From Felis catus (Eukaryota), in assembly GCF_018350175.1 (NCBI RefSeq), contig NC_058368.1:126172001-126236000 (forward strand): a stretch of DNA of 64,000 nucleotides, given 5' to 3'. This document shows, in pieces, positions 13,000 to 26,734 of this stretch (position 1 is its first letter; each line of letters opens with the position of its first letter). A program made the translations under genes and the position numbers. The notes below the pieces were generated by a model, which was not told where the DNA came from, made no database searches, and worked only from the letters and a program-made list of their open reading frames with translations.

Positions 13000-13520
13000 A
13001 TCTTTCATGTATAATTTATTGTGCATATTCTGGGCATCAGCACTATTCTGCAGTTAAGGATACAACCATGAACAGGGTATGCGAAGTCACTGCCTTCAAG
13101 GAGTTTACATTACAGTGTGGTGATGGTGATTCAGCCAGTCAATACGCAGCACCAATTTCAGAAGGTGAAGAGCTCCACAGAGAAACACAAGTGCCAATGA
13201 AGACATAGAATGGCTTGTGGGATGGGAGTCAGGGATGGCGTCGTTACAGATGGAATGAACGTTTTGAGCTGACACATGAATTTAGACTGGCTGATGGATT
13301 AGATGTCAGGCTGAGAGGGAAAAACAAGAGTCATGAATGGCCTCAGGACTCATGGCCTGAGCAATTGAGTATATGTTCCTGACATTTATTTGATTGGAAA
13401 TAATTGTGGGAGGAGCAGGTTTGGGGGATTATAAGAGTTCATTTGGGGACATAAGACGTTTGACTTGCCTGATCAAAGAGGAAATGTAGGGGAGGCTGTT
13501 ATATTTGAGACTGGAGCTCT
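13000..13520 (-). mobile_element. L2 fragment
   Basis: 'tttattgtgcatattctgggcatcagcact...ctgccttcaaggagtttacatt', 'ggcctgagcaattgag', 'gagttcatttggggacat'. Confidence 0.65.
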
Positions 13521-15286
13521 TTGTCTCCTGTGTAAAATGCATGTGTTGAATTAGATCCTTTGTGAGACCCTTCCACTTCCAATATTCTGTGAGTCTGTGA
13601 ACTAGAAATCAAAGAAAATGAAGGGAATTGTTGATTAAAGAAAAAAAAAAACACCAGAAAACCAAATGAAATTTTCATGGAAATGAACAACAGTGTTCAT
13701 TTAGAAAGGAGGCAAAGTAATGGGCCAAGATGGGAGGAGAGACTAATTAAAATGGAAAAAGAACAGAATAGTTCTTATCTGATATGTACACCTTTTGTTT
13801 CCATGAAAGATAAAACAGACTTTCTCAAAGTGAATGATTGGTAGCAAATTTCTTATTCTCAAATGCCATTAAAGATAATGATCTCATGCATGATTGTTTT
13901 TCCAAGTGCTTTAGTTTACATAGAGTGTTTATTGAATGAATATTCCCAAGACAGATTTGTATCACACCAGGACTAAGTGGTTCAACAAGTACACACCTAT
14001 TGGATATGTTTTGTGCATTTCTTCAATATTTTTATGAAAATCACAACCTGAATTTATCTCTGGATATGACACCTTCTCCTTAATAGCCCCAAGGCAACAT
14101 GAGACATTAATAATTCATAATACACCACTGTTTTCCATTTTAAAATAATGAAGCAAGAAGTTGATAAAAAATTTAAAAAAACTAATCACAACAATTTCCA
14201 TTTTAAATATCTAATAAAGTTTATTTCAGTATATCAGCAACCAAGAATCTGACAGGTATAGATAAATGGGAAAGATGCCCTCAAGTGAATAGACTTATAT
14301 TTCTGCCTTCTGTAGTTTCCATGGCTACAAGCCCATCTGAATTGCATTAGTCACACATAGCACCAAGAAAGAACAAAAGGGAATGGAAGAATAAATGACA
14401 TTAGAATGTCATATTAAGGGAAAAGTGATCACAAAGTTTTTTTTTAAAGGAACACAATATCTAGTATCTAGAATTCTTTCCTTTAGAGCCCTGCTGCTTC
14501 GGCAAGAAATGTTTCTATTCGGGTTTGGAAATTTTTTCAAAGTAGCCCAAGATTTCAAACCTGAAATTGGAGAGAATTGTTCTATGTTATGACCAAATCA
14601 ATGTATCGGTGGGTACGTGGTAATTAGGGCACTCAGAATATTCTGACAGAGTCACAGAAATGCAAACTTGAGAGTGTCCAAAAGCGGAAAATAATCATTC
14701 CCCAATGTGAACTGATTTTGGTAGTTTTATTCAAGTTGTTTTAACGTATCAAAGTAATACAGGTAGGCTACTGGCTTTTATTCCAAATATATCAATAAAT
14801 GGTACTATTTTAACTATCAAGATAAGTTCTTTTCCCAATTTACAAATAAGTACATTTCTGAAAAAAACAGAAATGAAACAGTTCTAAGCAAAACTTGCCA
14901 TCTTCTGATAAAGTACAGACACAGAAATATAAGAATCAACCCAAGCCCCAAACTGAGGCCAAGATTCTCTTGTAGATGCTTAAGTTTTAATTATTTGATT
15001 AAATGCAGTGTCTACTACAAACTTTAGATTTTATGAAGAACTCTGCCTAGGTTTGCCCCTCATTGAATTTTCAACATTTTATTCAGTGAATTGAGATACT
15101 CAGTGAATGACTGAGTGAATGAATGAATGAATGAATGAAAGTAAACAGAAGCTTAGCAACCACTGAATTTCACTTATCCTTCCTTTTATTTCTTGAAGTT
15201 ACCAAAACAGCAATAAAAGACATATCATGATTTGAGATTCTCAAGTAAATAAACCCTCAGTGGACATTCATGTCAATTAGTGTTAC

Positions 15287-15465
15287 TTTTTAAAAAGTGT
15301 TTATTTGTTTTTTTTGGGGAGAGCAGAGAGAGAGGGAAAGAGAATCTTAAGCAAGCTCCACACCCAGCACAGAGCCTGACATGGGGTTCGATCCCATGAA
15401 CGTTGAGATCATAACCTGAGCCAATATAAAGAGTTGAGTGCTAAACCAACTGAGCCACCCAGATA
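15287..15465 (-). mobile_element. Can-SINE
   Basis: Antisense SINE: gtttatt...gagagag...cagagcctgacatggggttcgatccc...ctgagccaccca. Confidence 0.9.
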
Positions 15466-15692
15466 CAGGTTTTTTAAATGCAAAGACTAAGCATGAAACT
15501 TGTAGCATTGATTTATGGCCAAGATTTAGCAAAGATGTGTGCCATTTGAGTTAAACCATGCTAATCACAGTGACTGGAGTGTATTGGTCAGCTCTGTATT
15601 CATAGAGGATGTTTTCCTTTGGTGATGTCTCTGGCCTTCTGTGAGAGAGGTTGGTGGTGCTTCCAAGAATTTTAACTTTAAGGGAATCTTGA

Positions 15693-15905
15693 GGGGCCCC
15701 TGGGTGGCTCAGTCATTAAGTGGCCGACTTCGGCTCAGGTCATGATGTCACAGCTCGTGGGTTTGAGCCCAGTGTCGGACTCTGTGCTGACAGCTCAGAG
15801 CCTGGAGCCTGCTTTGGATTCTGTGTCTCCCTCTCTCTCTGCCCCTCCCCGGCTTGCGCTCTGTCTCTCTCTCTTTCAAAAATAAATGAACATTAAAAAT
15901 ATTTA
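15693..15905 (+). mobile_element. Can-SINE (SINEC_Fc type)
   Basis: Full-length element; TSD core aatcttga on both sides. Confidence 0.93.
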
Positions 15906-17762
15906 AACAAATCTTGAAATCACAGTGTTCTCGGTTATGAAGTTACCTATTTCACATTTTACAGATACTCAGGGAAGTTAAAATGCCACTTCCATCTCAG
16001 ATAGCTTCACGTTAAGTTGTTCTTGACACAGATTTTCTTACTAAACTTCTGCTGTCACAGTTTGTCTTCACTCCAGCTCTCGTTCATGTCCATTCTTTAC
16101 CTACATACCCCTCCTTCTTCTCCCTTCTCCTTTTTCTCCAATTCCTCTCAATCCTCAGCTCTCCCAGTCCCAAAGAAAGCTAATCTGGTAAGTCACACAC
16201 ACACAAATATTTGCATATCATATTAGAACTCTAAGCAATGGAATGGAAAACTACAAGTTCATAGGGCAGCCTGATAGTAAAATCTCCTCATTTGCAAATT
16301 GTTAGGGGGTGGGCTGGGGACCTTCTGTGCATGTCCAAAATCACACTTCATAGCAGAAAACCATTCCAGTCATTAGAAAAAAAAAAGTTTTGTTGGCTTG
16401 ACTTCAATTTCTCCTGTACCAACATTCTACTACCCTTAGCCCATTAGGGTGGGTGGTGATTCTGTTCATTAAGGGCAGTTTCAATCTGGAAAGTAGAAGC
16501 TCATTGAGTTTATGAGGGGCCCCTCAAGGTCATTAAACTCTCTCTTGATGGTGTTGGCCATTAATTCTGCAGCTCTGTGTCAAGTGAGGGGGTTTAGCAG
16601 CCCCACCAGGCTTCCCCTGCGTCACTCCTGCAACCTGTTTCCTGCTCACCTTGGCCTCTGCGGGAACCCAGTTAAGCATTTGGCAACTCTCCACCCTTGT
16701 GGATGCGGATGTCTCCTAACAACTTCCACCCTCCCGTAGTACCCACCCACACACTGAGCAAGGGTGCAAAGATGACCTCTGATTTTCTCATAGGAATTTA
16801 AGTGCATATAGATTGAATCTGGCAGAAGTTTCCATTCATTTTCCTTGAATACTGCAGATCTAAAATAAGAAGCAAAAAGACGCTTTTTTGACCATTGTTT
16901 AAAAATTGCCTGCATTGGAAACTCTACAAAATAATTAACTATGTCCCTGGATCCAGTGGTTTGCACAGTTTCTAGCACTTAGAAGACACTTAGTACGTAC
17001 CTGTTGAGGGAATGAATCCCTAAGACTGGGATTTGAAAAGTATTGGAGAAAAGAATGGGAAAGAGAAAAGGGAATAATATAATACTTGAATCCCAAATAA
17101 AGCAAAAAGTATTTAAGGGAAAAATAAGGTATATACTTCATTCTTTGCTGGTATATCTTTTGAATGCCACCAAATATTTGAGGGTTAATCTGCCAATAAA
17201 GCAGCATTTATTGGGCAAAAACTGATTGAATGCCCCGCATTGGGTGATACAGAAACATATGACACAAGCTTTTCTTCCAAGGAATTTATAATCTACATGA
17301 AAAGAGAAAATTAACCACAGAAGTAATTAGGGGTAAGCTACAGTCCAGAATGCATGGTTCTGAGCTCAGAGCTAGAGGATAGAGAAATACTGCTGAAAGA
17401 TACGCGATATCATTCAAAGGTAATTACACACACATTTGACGTACACAAACTCGGTTGTACATGCTATGAGAAAAGTGTTTTTAAAAAGATAATATAAATG
17501 TTGTGGGGCATTCATGTGGCCATTCTAGAGAGATAGCAATATCTCTCTACCCTGAGAGATAGCAATCTCCTCCTACAGAGGGTATCAATTCCCTCTTGCT
17601 TCTTACTGTAAGAGCCTTTCTTCCTTTAATGTAATTTCAGGACTTACAACTTTTTTTCTATGATTGATTTAAGGCAATTTCCAAGACTAGTTTAAGTATA
17701 TGCAGTTATCACCTTTAAAAACATATTCCATACATTCACCAGCCTTACTTATACTATTTAGG

Positions 17763-17802
17763 CTTTTCTTTTTAAAAATTTTTAAATATGTTTATTTATG
17801 TT

Positions 17803-17869
<67 letters not shown>

Positions 17870-17910
17870 GGGGCAGAGAGAAAGGGAGACACAGAATCTG
17901 AAGCAGACTT
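17763..17910 (-). mobile_element. 5'-truncated Can-SINE with expanded (AG)n
   Basis: T-rich tail, long (ag)n, then 'ggggcagagag..gggagacacagaatctgaagcag'. Confidence 0.85.
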
Positions 17911-19779
17911 CCTTTTAATCAACTAACTGGCCAAAGAAATAAAAAAGAAAATGTTTAGTATAGCGATTGTTAATTGTTATTTGATTGGTTGATTCTTTAA
18001 TTCATTCATATTTAAGTAAAGGTCAACATCAGCCCAGAGTCAAGGCCTGAGGTAAACACAGATAGAGACAACTTTCAGTACTCTCTTACTGAAAGTATGG
18101 CTTTATTTCTAGTTAAGGTTGGGAATGTGTTTTTGTTACATGCACTGTATATGGTACACAATGATTCAAATGCACAGAAAAGAAAGTTCCCTTTGCTTTG
18201 AAGCATGTGGCTGTGTTGACAGTCAGGGTTTGCAAGCCAGAGGAGATACACTGCTGTCTTGTACCTGTTGTGCTACCTCTCATTATCCCTCAGTGGGAAA
18301 TCAACAGACACTGTTGCTGGCTCTGGGGTTGAAGCAACACATGGAAAATTTGAGAAAGAGACAACCCTTTTCCATTTCTGAAACTATTCATATACTTTCA
18401 TGTCTCTTAAGAACATCTGAAAACAACATGTGTCTATCTTTGGTGAAGTCCAATGCCTCAAAATGCATATAATGTAAAGGCCAGAATGCTGTCAGGTTTG
18501 GTGGATTTTTGTTGTTGTTGTTGTTGTTGTTTTTTTTTTTTTTGGTAAATAATCCTTGCACATATTATTATAAAGACAACTCTGCTACTTTTCCTTCTTC
18601 AGGAATCCTGAAACCTTAACTTATTTTCTCAGGATGGACAGAAATACAGCCAAAGTGTATTTGCCAATATGAATATAAATATGTTCACAATTTAGTGAGA
18701 GGAGCTACCAAAAAAAAAAAAAACAGCTATGAAAACGAAGTTAGCTATGTATTAGAATTCTGTGCTAAGCCCTTCTGTAAAACCACTGTTATTCTACTGA
18801 TAATATCATCATTGTTCTTGCAGATAAAAAAAGGGAAACAAAACATTTTCTTGAAACTTTTTATATTAGGATATGAAGTGACAGTCTAAATTTTGAAACA
18901 ATGAGGTGATTCAACAATAGAAAAATAAAATTCAAATTTGTTTTAATAAAATGCACCCTAATTTCAAGATGCTAGCTCCTCTCCTGTGCAGGAAAGGAGG
19001 AATGTGATTACTGGGGCTGTAGATATTTAGAGTAAATACTTCCACAAATCAAAAATACATGCATTAGAAAATGAATTCAAATGATTTTTCCATAAAGTCA
19101 TAAAAACCAAACTGTATACCATGAATAAGGTTATCCATTATTTGAGTGAAGTACTTTCGATTCCAGGGTGGGGGCTGGGTGATGTGATAGAAAAATACGT
19201 CTTTCAAAGAGAAGGACTTGTCAAAAGTGAAACCATGCCTATACCAGCATATTGTTAATTTTAGGGTCGAAATATAATATAAAAACAAAATTGATAGTGC
19301 AAAGTCCAGTGTTAAAGAGCCTTTATCATAAGGAATTTTCATGCCTGCTATATCAGAACTAAATATATAGTCATATTGTGGAAATCTGAAGGGATCTTGT
19401 GACATCCCTTACCTTTCATAGTTTTGATTAGATTTACAAAATGTACTGCAGTTGTGAAGGTATTTTAGTAGATTTCAAGAAGGCTCACTTCACCTAAATG
19501 AAAACTTTAGTCATTATAAAAATAAGAAGACTTGTTTCTTCTTCACTAAAGGGTGGGATGGAAGGAAGGGGAATTGAGAGAGGCTGGGAGATCGTTCCTT
19601 TTCTCTTAACCAGGATCAGCATTTTGAAATTAAGGCAAAAAGAAATGTGAGCCTGATTTCTGGCAACCAGACAGTATTTATAATCTACTTCAGCAGATTT
19701 CTGCTAGGAACATCTGCCCTGAAGTAGTGTTAGGCTAAGACTGATTGTCACTCTTCCGAAAGGAATTCCTGTTTGCCTT

Positions 19780-19882
<103 letters not shown>

Positions 19883-20689
19883 ATGTGACAGTCTTGAGAG
19901 AACCCAGAGAAATCTGGGAAACTGAAGAGTGAAATCCCAACCCACCCTTGTCACTCACCATCTTCCTTAGCAGAAAGGAAATGTATTTTAGGTTTCATTG
20001 AAATTATAAACAATACTATGCTTGCAGCTGTGTTTCAAAAGTCTGATGTCAGTGGTCCCAAATACATGTTTTCATCTTAGGCAAAACTTATCAAAAACAT
20101 ACAGAATCAGATTTTAAGATTTTATTGAAAACAGTCCACAAAAAATGTCTTTCTTTGCTTTGTCACTATGTTGCTTGTGTTCATCATTATTTATTGACAA
20201 CATAATTATTTATTAGTAATTAACCCTCTCTTTGAGCCTAGCAAAATAAGATTTCAGGAGCCAGAACTCTGAATTTAATATTTTTAGTTGATCTTTAGCA
20301 TCATGTGTTACTGTTACTCCAACAACTAAACAGAGGGAGAAAATAAAATTTTGTGAAGTCTGTACTCTGCTGAGAAAAAAAAAAACGCAGAAATACCAAC
20401 AAGAAAAATATGACCTATAATGCCAGATGTTCATATAATGTTTACCATAGTTGAAATGGAATCTTTCTTTCCCTTAATGAATGTTTTTATTCTTTCTGCA
20501 AGCTAGGTAGGGAAAGCTCTTGTCTGTACTTGGAGATGAACCAACCCATTCATGGGATATATCAAGGCCAAAAAGAATAATTCATCAACAATAAAGGGAC
20601 ATATTTGTGACACTTTGATCCAATGTCTCACCTGGCCAATGTGTCCTGTGGGCTACCCAAGTACCAACATGCTATGTTACAAGCATGGC

Positions 20690-21250
20690 AATTTCTCAGT
20701 GGCAATTTAGCAATATATCAAGGCTTTTTAAATGATTCATATGCTTTGCTTCACTGATTCCATGTTCTGGAAATATTAAGAAGAGTAGGCAAAGATATCC
20801 ATCACAGTATTAGTTCAAAGAGTCAAAAATTGAAGACATAAATATCCAGCAATAAGAAAATAACCATAAATTGTGAAATAACCATATTCAAAAATTCATT
20901 GCAACCATTAAAATGTTTTAATAAAATATTGAATAAAGTGAATGGCAAAGAAATTCAAATATATATATATATAATCCTAGTAGTATAAAAGGAAATGTAT
21001 ATATGTATATACTTATGTACATGTAAATGGCCATAACAGTATTAAAGGATGTATATAAAAATACATATATCCTTTCATATATAATATAAATATTAGAAAA
21101 CAAGCATGAACAATGGTTATTTCAATTTTTGAGTGGAAAAAATGAGATTTTATATTATTATTTACACCTTCCTTCTTCTTCCAAAACTTTCCACAGTAAA
21201 TTTTTTTGTGATTATATATAAAGAGAATTAATGTTTATTTTAGTTTTTAA
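20690..21250 (+). mobile_element. Old L1M(E-like) 3' end
   Basis: 'ggcaatttagcaatatatcaag', 'taaatatccagcaataag...ataaattgtg...gcaaccattaaaa'. Confidence 0.6.
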
Positions 21251-22498
21251 AATAAACTCCATTGACCTCATGTGAAGCCTGTTGCTTATAAAATTACTGG
21301 AAAATAATGGAAGACTCCAAACCTAAAAACAGTATTTATTTCTATGAACGAAATCCAGAAAAATTGATACTGTAACATAAGAAAATAATTCTACCTTAAC
21401 AAAAAAAACCCAAGAGTAGAAAACAAGAAATCTTGCAATATTTGGAAATTTTGAAGTGTAGTTATGTAAATTGTATTTGTGGGTTTGGATAATTCTTGCT
21501 TACTCTTGCTACAGGAAACTTACTTAAAAACAGTTGTTGAACAGTTTAACAGCCAATCAAGATTTTGTCCAAATATAATAGGAGTCTCAAAAAAGGGGGG
21601 CGGGGGGGGGAGAACTATAAAAGAGAACATAAAATCTGATTCACATAATTTTGTTCATAATTAAATTTTCAGAGTTTATTATATATCATCATCTGCATAA
21701 TATGTAACTCTAAGAGAAAGTGGTCTATTTTTTAAAAATTAATTTAAAAAAGCATTGTGTTACTTCCAAGTATGCAATAAAAATTAGAATTCATTAAGCG
21801 GTTTTGTTAAAGTTTTAAAATATATTTAAAATGCAATTAAATTAGAAGTGTCACCCTCTGGCAACTAAAAAGCAAAACAGTCTTAAAACATAACTTTCTT
21901 CAGAGAATTAAACGTATCTTGCTATAGCTTTATGTGCAGTATTATTTTACTTCACTAATTCTTTTTTTCAGGTAAAATATAAAATGTTCAGATTTAGGAG
22001 AATTACAATATTTTTTTATATTACACCACTACTTACTGTCCCCTTAAAAGGTAGAGATCACTTAAAAGTCCACAAATATTGTCGTTTTACATAATTTTAA
22101 ACAGCTCTTCAGTAAAACTTTCAAGGCTTTAGAATATCAAATAAAATGTTTACTCAACTATGTAGCCCTGGATTTTTTGAAATTGTAGAGGCAATTTTTT
22201 TTTTAGCTTTTTTCCAACTTTGTGGGAAACACCACAGGTGTTATGAGCAAATGGACATCACTTTTTAACTGTGCATTTGGCCCAACAAGCTTGATCCTGA
22301 ATGGCTTCTGAGAAATGAGAGACTGCAGAAGCAATCGGTAAAACTTTAAGGAACAATATAATTTAAAATCACTTAAAGTATTTTCCACAGTTAAGAAAAT
22401 CATTAGGCAAGATAAACAAATTGGAAGAGAGCTGATTAGCATACATAAAATTCTATTCTTCCCTTGTTCTCATGCTTCCTGGAACAATATCAGGGTGA

Positions 22499-22712
22499 TT
22501 TTTTTTTAAATTAATGATTGTTTATTTTTTGAGAGAGACAAGACAGAGTGCAAGTGCAGGAGGGGCAGAGGGAGAGGGAGACACAGAACCTGAAGCAGGC
22601 TCCAGGTTCTGAGCTGTCAGCATAGCACCTGGCACGGGGCTAGAACCCACAAATCAGAAGATCATGATCTGAGCCAAAGTCGCTCAAACCGACTGAGCTA
22701 CCCAGGCGCCCC
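22499..22712 (-). mobile_element. Can-SINE (SINEC_Fc type)
   Basis: Ends cccaggcgcccc; TSD tcagg(g/a)tgatttt. Confidence 0.93.
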
Positions 22713-23279
22713 TCAGGATGATTTTTAAAATTACTAGTTTAAATTATTTATTTTTAAATGGGGATGGTTCATTTGAGAAATGGAAACAAAGTAAGTGTAA
22801 ATTATTATTATTTTTTTTTAGCTATAAGAGAATAAATTAGATGGAATTGTTAAAAATACTTTGATGCTCCAGGTGTTGACATTGGAGCCAATCATTTGAC
22901 TTTTCTGCGTCCAGAGTAAGGATGGGGTTGATCAAATGCTTTCAAGGAAGCTTTGAAGTTTGTTAAGAGAAACAAATGACAAACAAAACACATATAATCA
23001 AAATGATTTTTAAAATAGCTAGTTGCATTTTGATTCACAACCAGTTCTTTAAAAATTTAATATTTTTCTTATCCCAAATGTTTATTGTTGTTACAAAAAA
23101 TTAATATTTTGTCATTAGAAGTTAAGGTGGAAATTTATACCAGATCATTGAAATTAATTTTCAACTTCCTGGTACCAGCTAGGTACTATGTCTAATAGTC
23201 TGTGTAATTAGTCTTTCACTCCATTAAGATCATTATCATAGGAAACATTTATATATTAGAGCCATCATACTGTATTCTT

Positions 23280-23434
23280 TTTTTTAATATATGAAATTTA
23301 TTGTCAAATTGGTTTCCATACAACACCCAGTGCTCATCCCTACAGGTGTCCTCCTCAATACCCATCACCCACCCTCCCCTCCCTCCCACCCCCTATCAGC
23401 CCTCAGTTTGTTCTCAGTTTTTAAGAGTCTCTTA
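23280..23434 (-). mobile_element. Young, extremely 5'-truncated carnivore L1 (3' UTR only)
   Basis: 'caacacccagtgctcatcc...ccctcagtttgttctc...taagagtctctta' with a T tail; perfect 17-bp TSD catcatactgtattctt (23263-23279, 23435-23451). Confidence 0.9.
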
Positions 23435-24644
23435 CATCATACTGTATTCTTGAAATAAAGCAGGAAGATCATGTTATCAGTGTATTTTCCTCCCTTTGAA
23501 GGGAATTTCTGTTTCCTGTGGCCTGCTCTGCCCTCCTTTATCATAAGAAAAAAGTCCAGATGGGTTCATGATGAAGAAAATGCCCAGTGAGAACTTAGCC
23601 ATTATTTCATTGTATTCCTGCTTGAGCTGAGGATCATCAATAAGTGTTACATTATTGCATCTGAAAGGGCCTTAGTTGTAAAAAACAGAAACCATCTCTA
23701 AAAATGACATTTATGAAAAAGTATTAGGTTGTATAAGAATTTCTTAGAGGGCTGGAGAACCAGTTAGGAGCTACACACTGAGAAACCACACCCAAAATAT
23801 ATTACAAACTGCTCCAGCGGAGTCTCCCTGTTTGTTTCCCAATACAACTTCTGTCAGTCATTGGATACATTCACTATGTCCCTTGCATTGTCATCACAGA
23901 CCTGGAGATACTTGCCACCCTATATGCTGTACAGCCCACATGGCTTCTGATGCCTTGAACCTCTCACTTCCTATTCAAAAATTAGCTTGGATTTATGTGT
24001 TCATGGAACTCTGAATCATTTGCCTGCTCCCTAGTCTCAAGAGAAGGGAGGCATTGTTTTTAATGGTTTCTGTTATGAAGAGCAAGGACTCACAAAAAAT
24101 GGAGAATCCCCCAGAGAAGGGATTCTGCTTTCAGTATCATGAGTGAGTAGGTTCTCCGTAAGACCCTCCTATTGCAGCAATGAGATTGTGGATAGGACAG
24201 ACTCTTTGCAATAACTGCTGTCTCACAATATAAGAGAGGTCTCCAGGCAACACTCCTCTGCTCAGAGCAAACAAACAACGAGGAGTGGGACCCAGAGTGG
24301 TTAGAGACTTCTCCTGGGTGCTAGGAACCATGACTTTAGAGGCATTGAACCTCAGGTGGAGCATCTAAAAACCAAAGCTGGGAGACCCAAAGCTAAATAT
24401 CCAGCACAAGATGCTAAAGCCACAGCAGTGGGGAGTTGGAACAGCTGGGAACTAGGGTGGTGGGACCAGCAGGCATCTTGGAGGTGTGGTGCCCTGGGGT
24501 GGATCCCTGTAGCAATACTGCTATGAGGATAATGAACCCTGGACCAGCTAGGAAGTGAAGCATTATAATCTGGCACTCCTGATCTAAACTAGAATTTACC
24601 AGAGGTGTACCTACCTGCAAAGATAAGAAGCAAACCTAGTATTC

Positions 24645-24872
24645 TTTTTTTTTTATTTTTTTTAATGTTTATTTATTTATTTTTGAGAGAGAGAGACAGA
24701 GAACAAATGGAGGAGGGGCAGAGAGAGGGAGAGGGAGACACAGTATCTGAAACAGGATCTAGGCTCTGAGCTATCAGCATAGAGTCTGATGAGGGGCTCG
24801 AACTCAGGAACAACGAGATCATGACCTAGGCCAAAGTCAGACACTTAACCGACTGAGCCACCCAGGCACCCC
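24645..24872 (-). mobile_element. Can-SINE (SINEC_Fc type)
   Basis: T tail, gggagacacag..., gactgagccacccaggcacccc; TSD core gtattctt. Confidence 0.92.
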
Positions 24873-26164
24873 CCCCACCCCCACCCCCAGGTATTCTTAA
24901 GAACTACCTCAGAATAAGATCAATAAGCTGACCAAGATGATCAGAACTACCAGAACCACTAGTAGTGAGAGTCAGCAGGAAGGAGAAACAGCGTATATGT
25001 CCAGCCTGCAAGGACTGCAATTGTCAGACACAGGATATGGAATGGCTATACGTTATATGGTAGAAGAAACAAAAGACACAATTACAGAAATGAGCAAATA
25101 ACAGGAAACTTTCCAAGTGAACACACACACAAAAAGCATACTCATATGGAATGTTTAAAAATGAAAATAGGTTGAAATGTTTAAAATGGAGAGGTAAAAT
25201 GAAAATGATGAACATTTGAAGGAAGTTAATAAAGTGAAATATGAAACTGAAATATTTAATTAAAATGAGTGCTGCAAAGGAGATAGAAACCAAGATAAAG
25301 CAAAACAAACAGTAATTGAAATGTAAGATGGTATTTAAAAATCCAGGTTTTCCAATAATTGAAATACATATACATAAAATGGCCTATTATATAGATACAC
25401 ACACACACACACACACACTCACACACACATATATACACACATACAACATACATAAATATAGCACATATAAAACCATAAACTCACCAAGTAAAAGATTCTC
25501 AGATAGGGTTATTTTTAATCCAGTTAGATGTTATTTATAGGAAATATTCCTAAAGAGTAAGAAAACTAACAGGAAAAAATATAAAGATAAAAAAGATACA
25601 TTAAGCAAATAATAACCAAAAGTAAGCTGGAGTAGCTATATTACTCATAGGCCAAATATATTTTAAGAACAAAGACTGGGGCTTGGAGAGTGACTTTACG
25701 ATGAGAAAAAGCTTAATCCACTCGGAAAGTATGACCAGTGTAAACAAGAATAGAAAAATAGCTTTAAAGTGTAGGCAGTAAAAACTGTTAAAACTACATA
25801 AAAATTTGACAACTCAATCAACATAAGGATACATTGCAAAACAGATCTCTCAATTATTATTGATAGCAAGGAGAAAAAAAGTCAATGAAAATAAAAATAG
25901 AACCCATCTGACAAGCTTCATCTAATAGCTCTATGTAGAACAGCATCCAAGAGTTAGAAAACACTTGTCCTGCTCAAGGACATATGGAATATTTTTAAAA
26001 TTGTGTACAAGGCCATAAAGCAAGTATCAACACATTTCAAAGAATAGGTATCCCACAGAGCAGCTCTCTGATGAATGACCTAATGCATAGGTCAAAGAAG
26101 AAATGTTAATGGATAGCAACATGCATGAGGTGCAAAAATCCTGAACAAAATATTTATAAGTGGA

Positions 26165-26375
26165 GGGCATCTGGGTGGCTGCATTGGTTGGGTGGCCAGC
26201 TCTTGATTTGAGCTCCATCATGATCCCAGGGTCTTGGGATTGAGCCCTGGTCAGGGTCCATGCTCAGCATGGAGCCTACTTAAGATTCTCTCTGTCCCTC
26301 TCTGTCTCTCTCTCTTTCCTCCTCTGCCCCTCTACCCCACTTGCTCTCTCTCTCTCTCTAAAATAAAAAAAAAAA
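26165..26375 (+). mobile_element. Can-SINE
   Basis: gggcatctgggtggctgca..., CT tract, A tail. Confidence 0.88.
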
Positions 26376-26529
26376 TTTAAGGTAAATATGTGTGTATATA
26401 CATATATATGTATATATATATGTATATTACAAATAAAATTCATCAGTATATAAAAATATAATGCATGATATCCAGGTTGAAATTACTTTCTGAAAAAAAA
26501 GGTAGGTTTTAGAAAATCTATAAATATTA

Positions 26530-26734
26530 GGGTGGCTGGGTGGCTCAGTCATTTAAGCATCCGACTTTGGCTCAGGTCATGATTTCATGGTTCATGAGTT
26601 TGAGCCACACGTCAGGCTCTGTGCTGACAGCTTGGAGCCTGGAGCCTGCTTCTGATTCTGTGTCTCCCTCTCTCTGCACCTCCCCTGCTTGTGCTCTGTC
26701 TCTCAAAAATAAACATTAAAAAAATTTTTATAAA
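26530..26734 (+). mobile_element. Can-SINE (SINEC_Fc type)
   Basis: Direct repeat agaaaatctataaata at 26511-26526 and 26735-26750 flanks the element. Confidence 0.93.

Noticed and set aside
19064..19405. 113-aa minus-strand ORF in unique DNA
   Set aside because: No recognisable domain and no convincing splice or promoter context; this length is expected by chance in 64 kb.
21849..21866. CTCF-like motif tgtcaccctctggcaa (similar at ~33365)
   Set aside because: Only a partial match to the consensus; cannot be told from chance without ChIP or conservation data.
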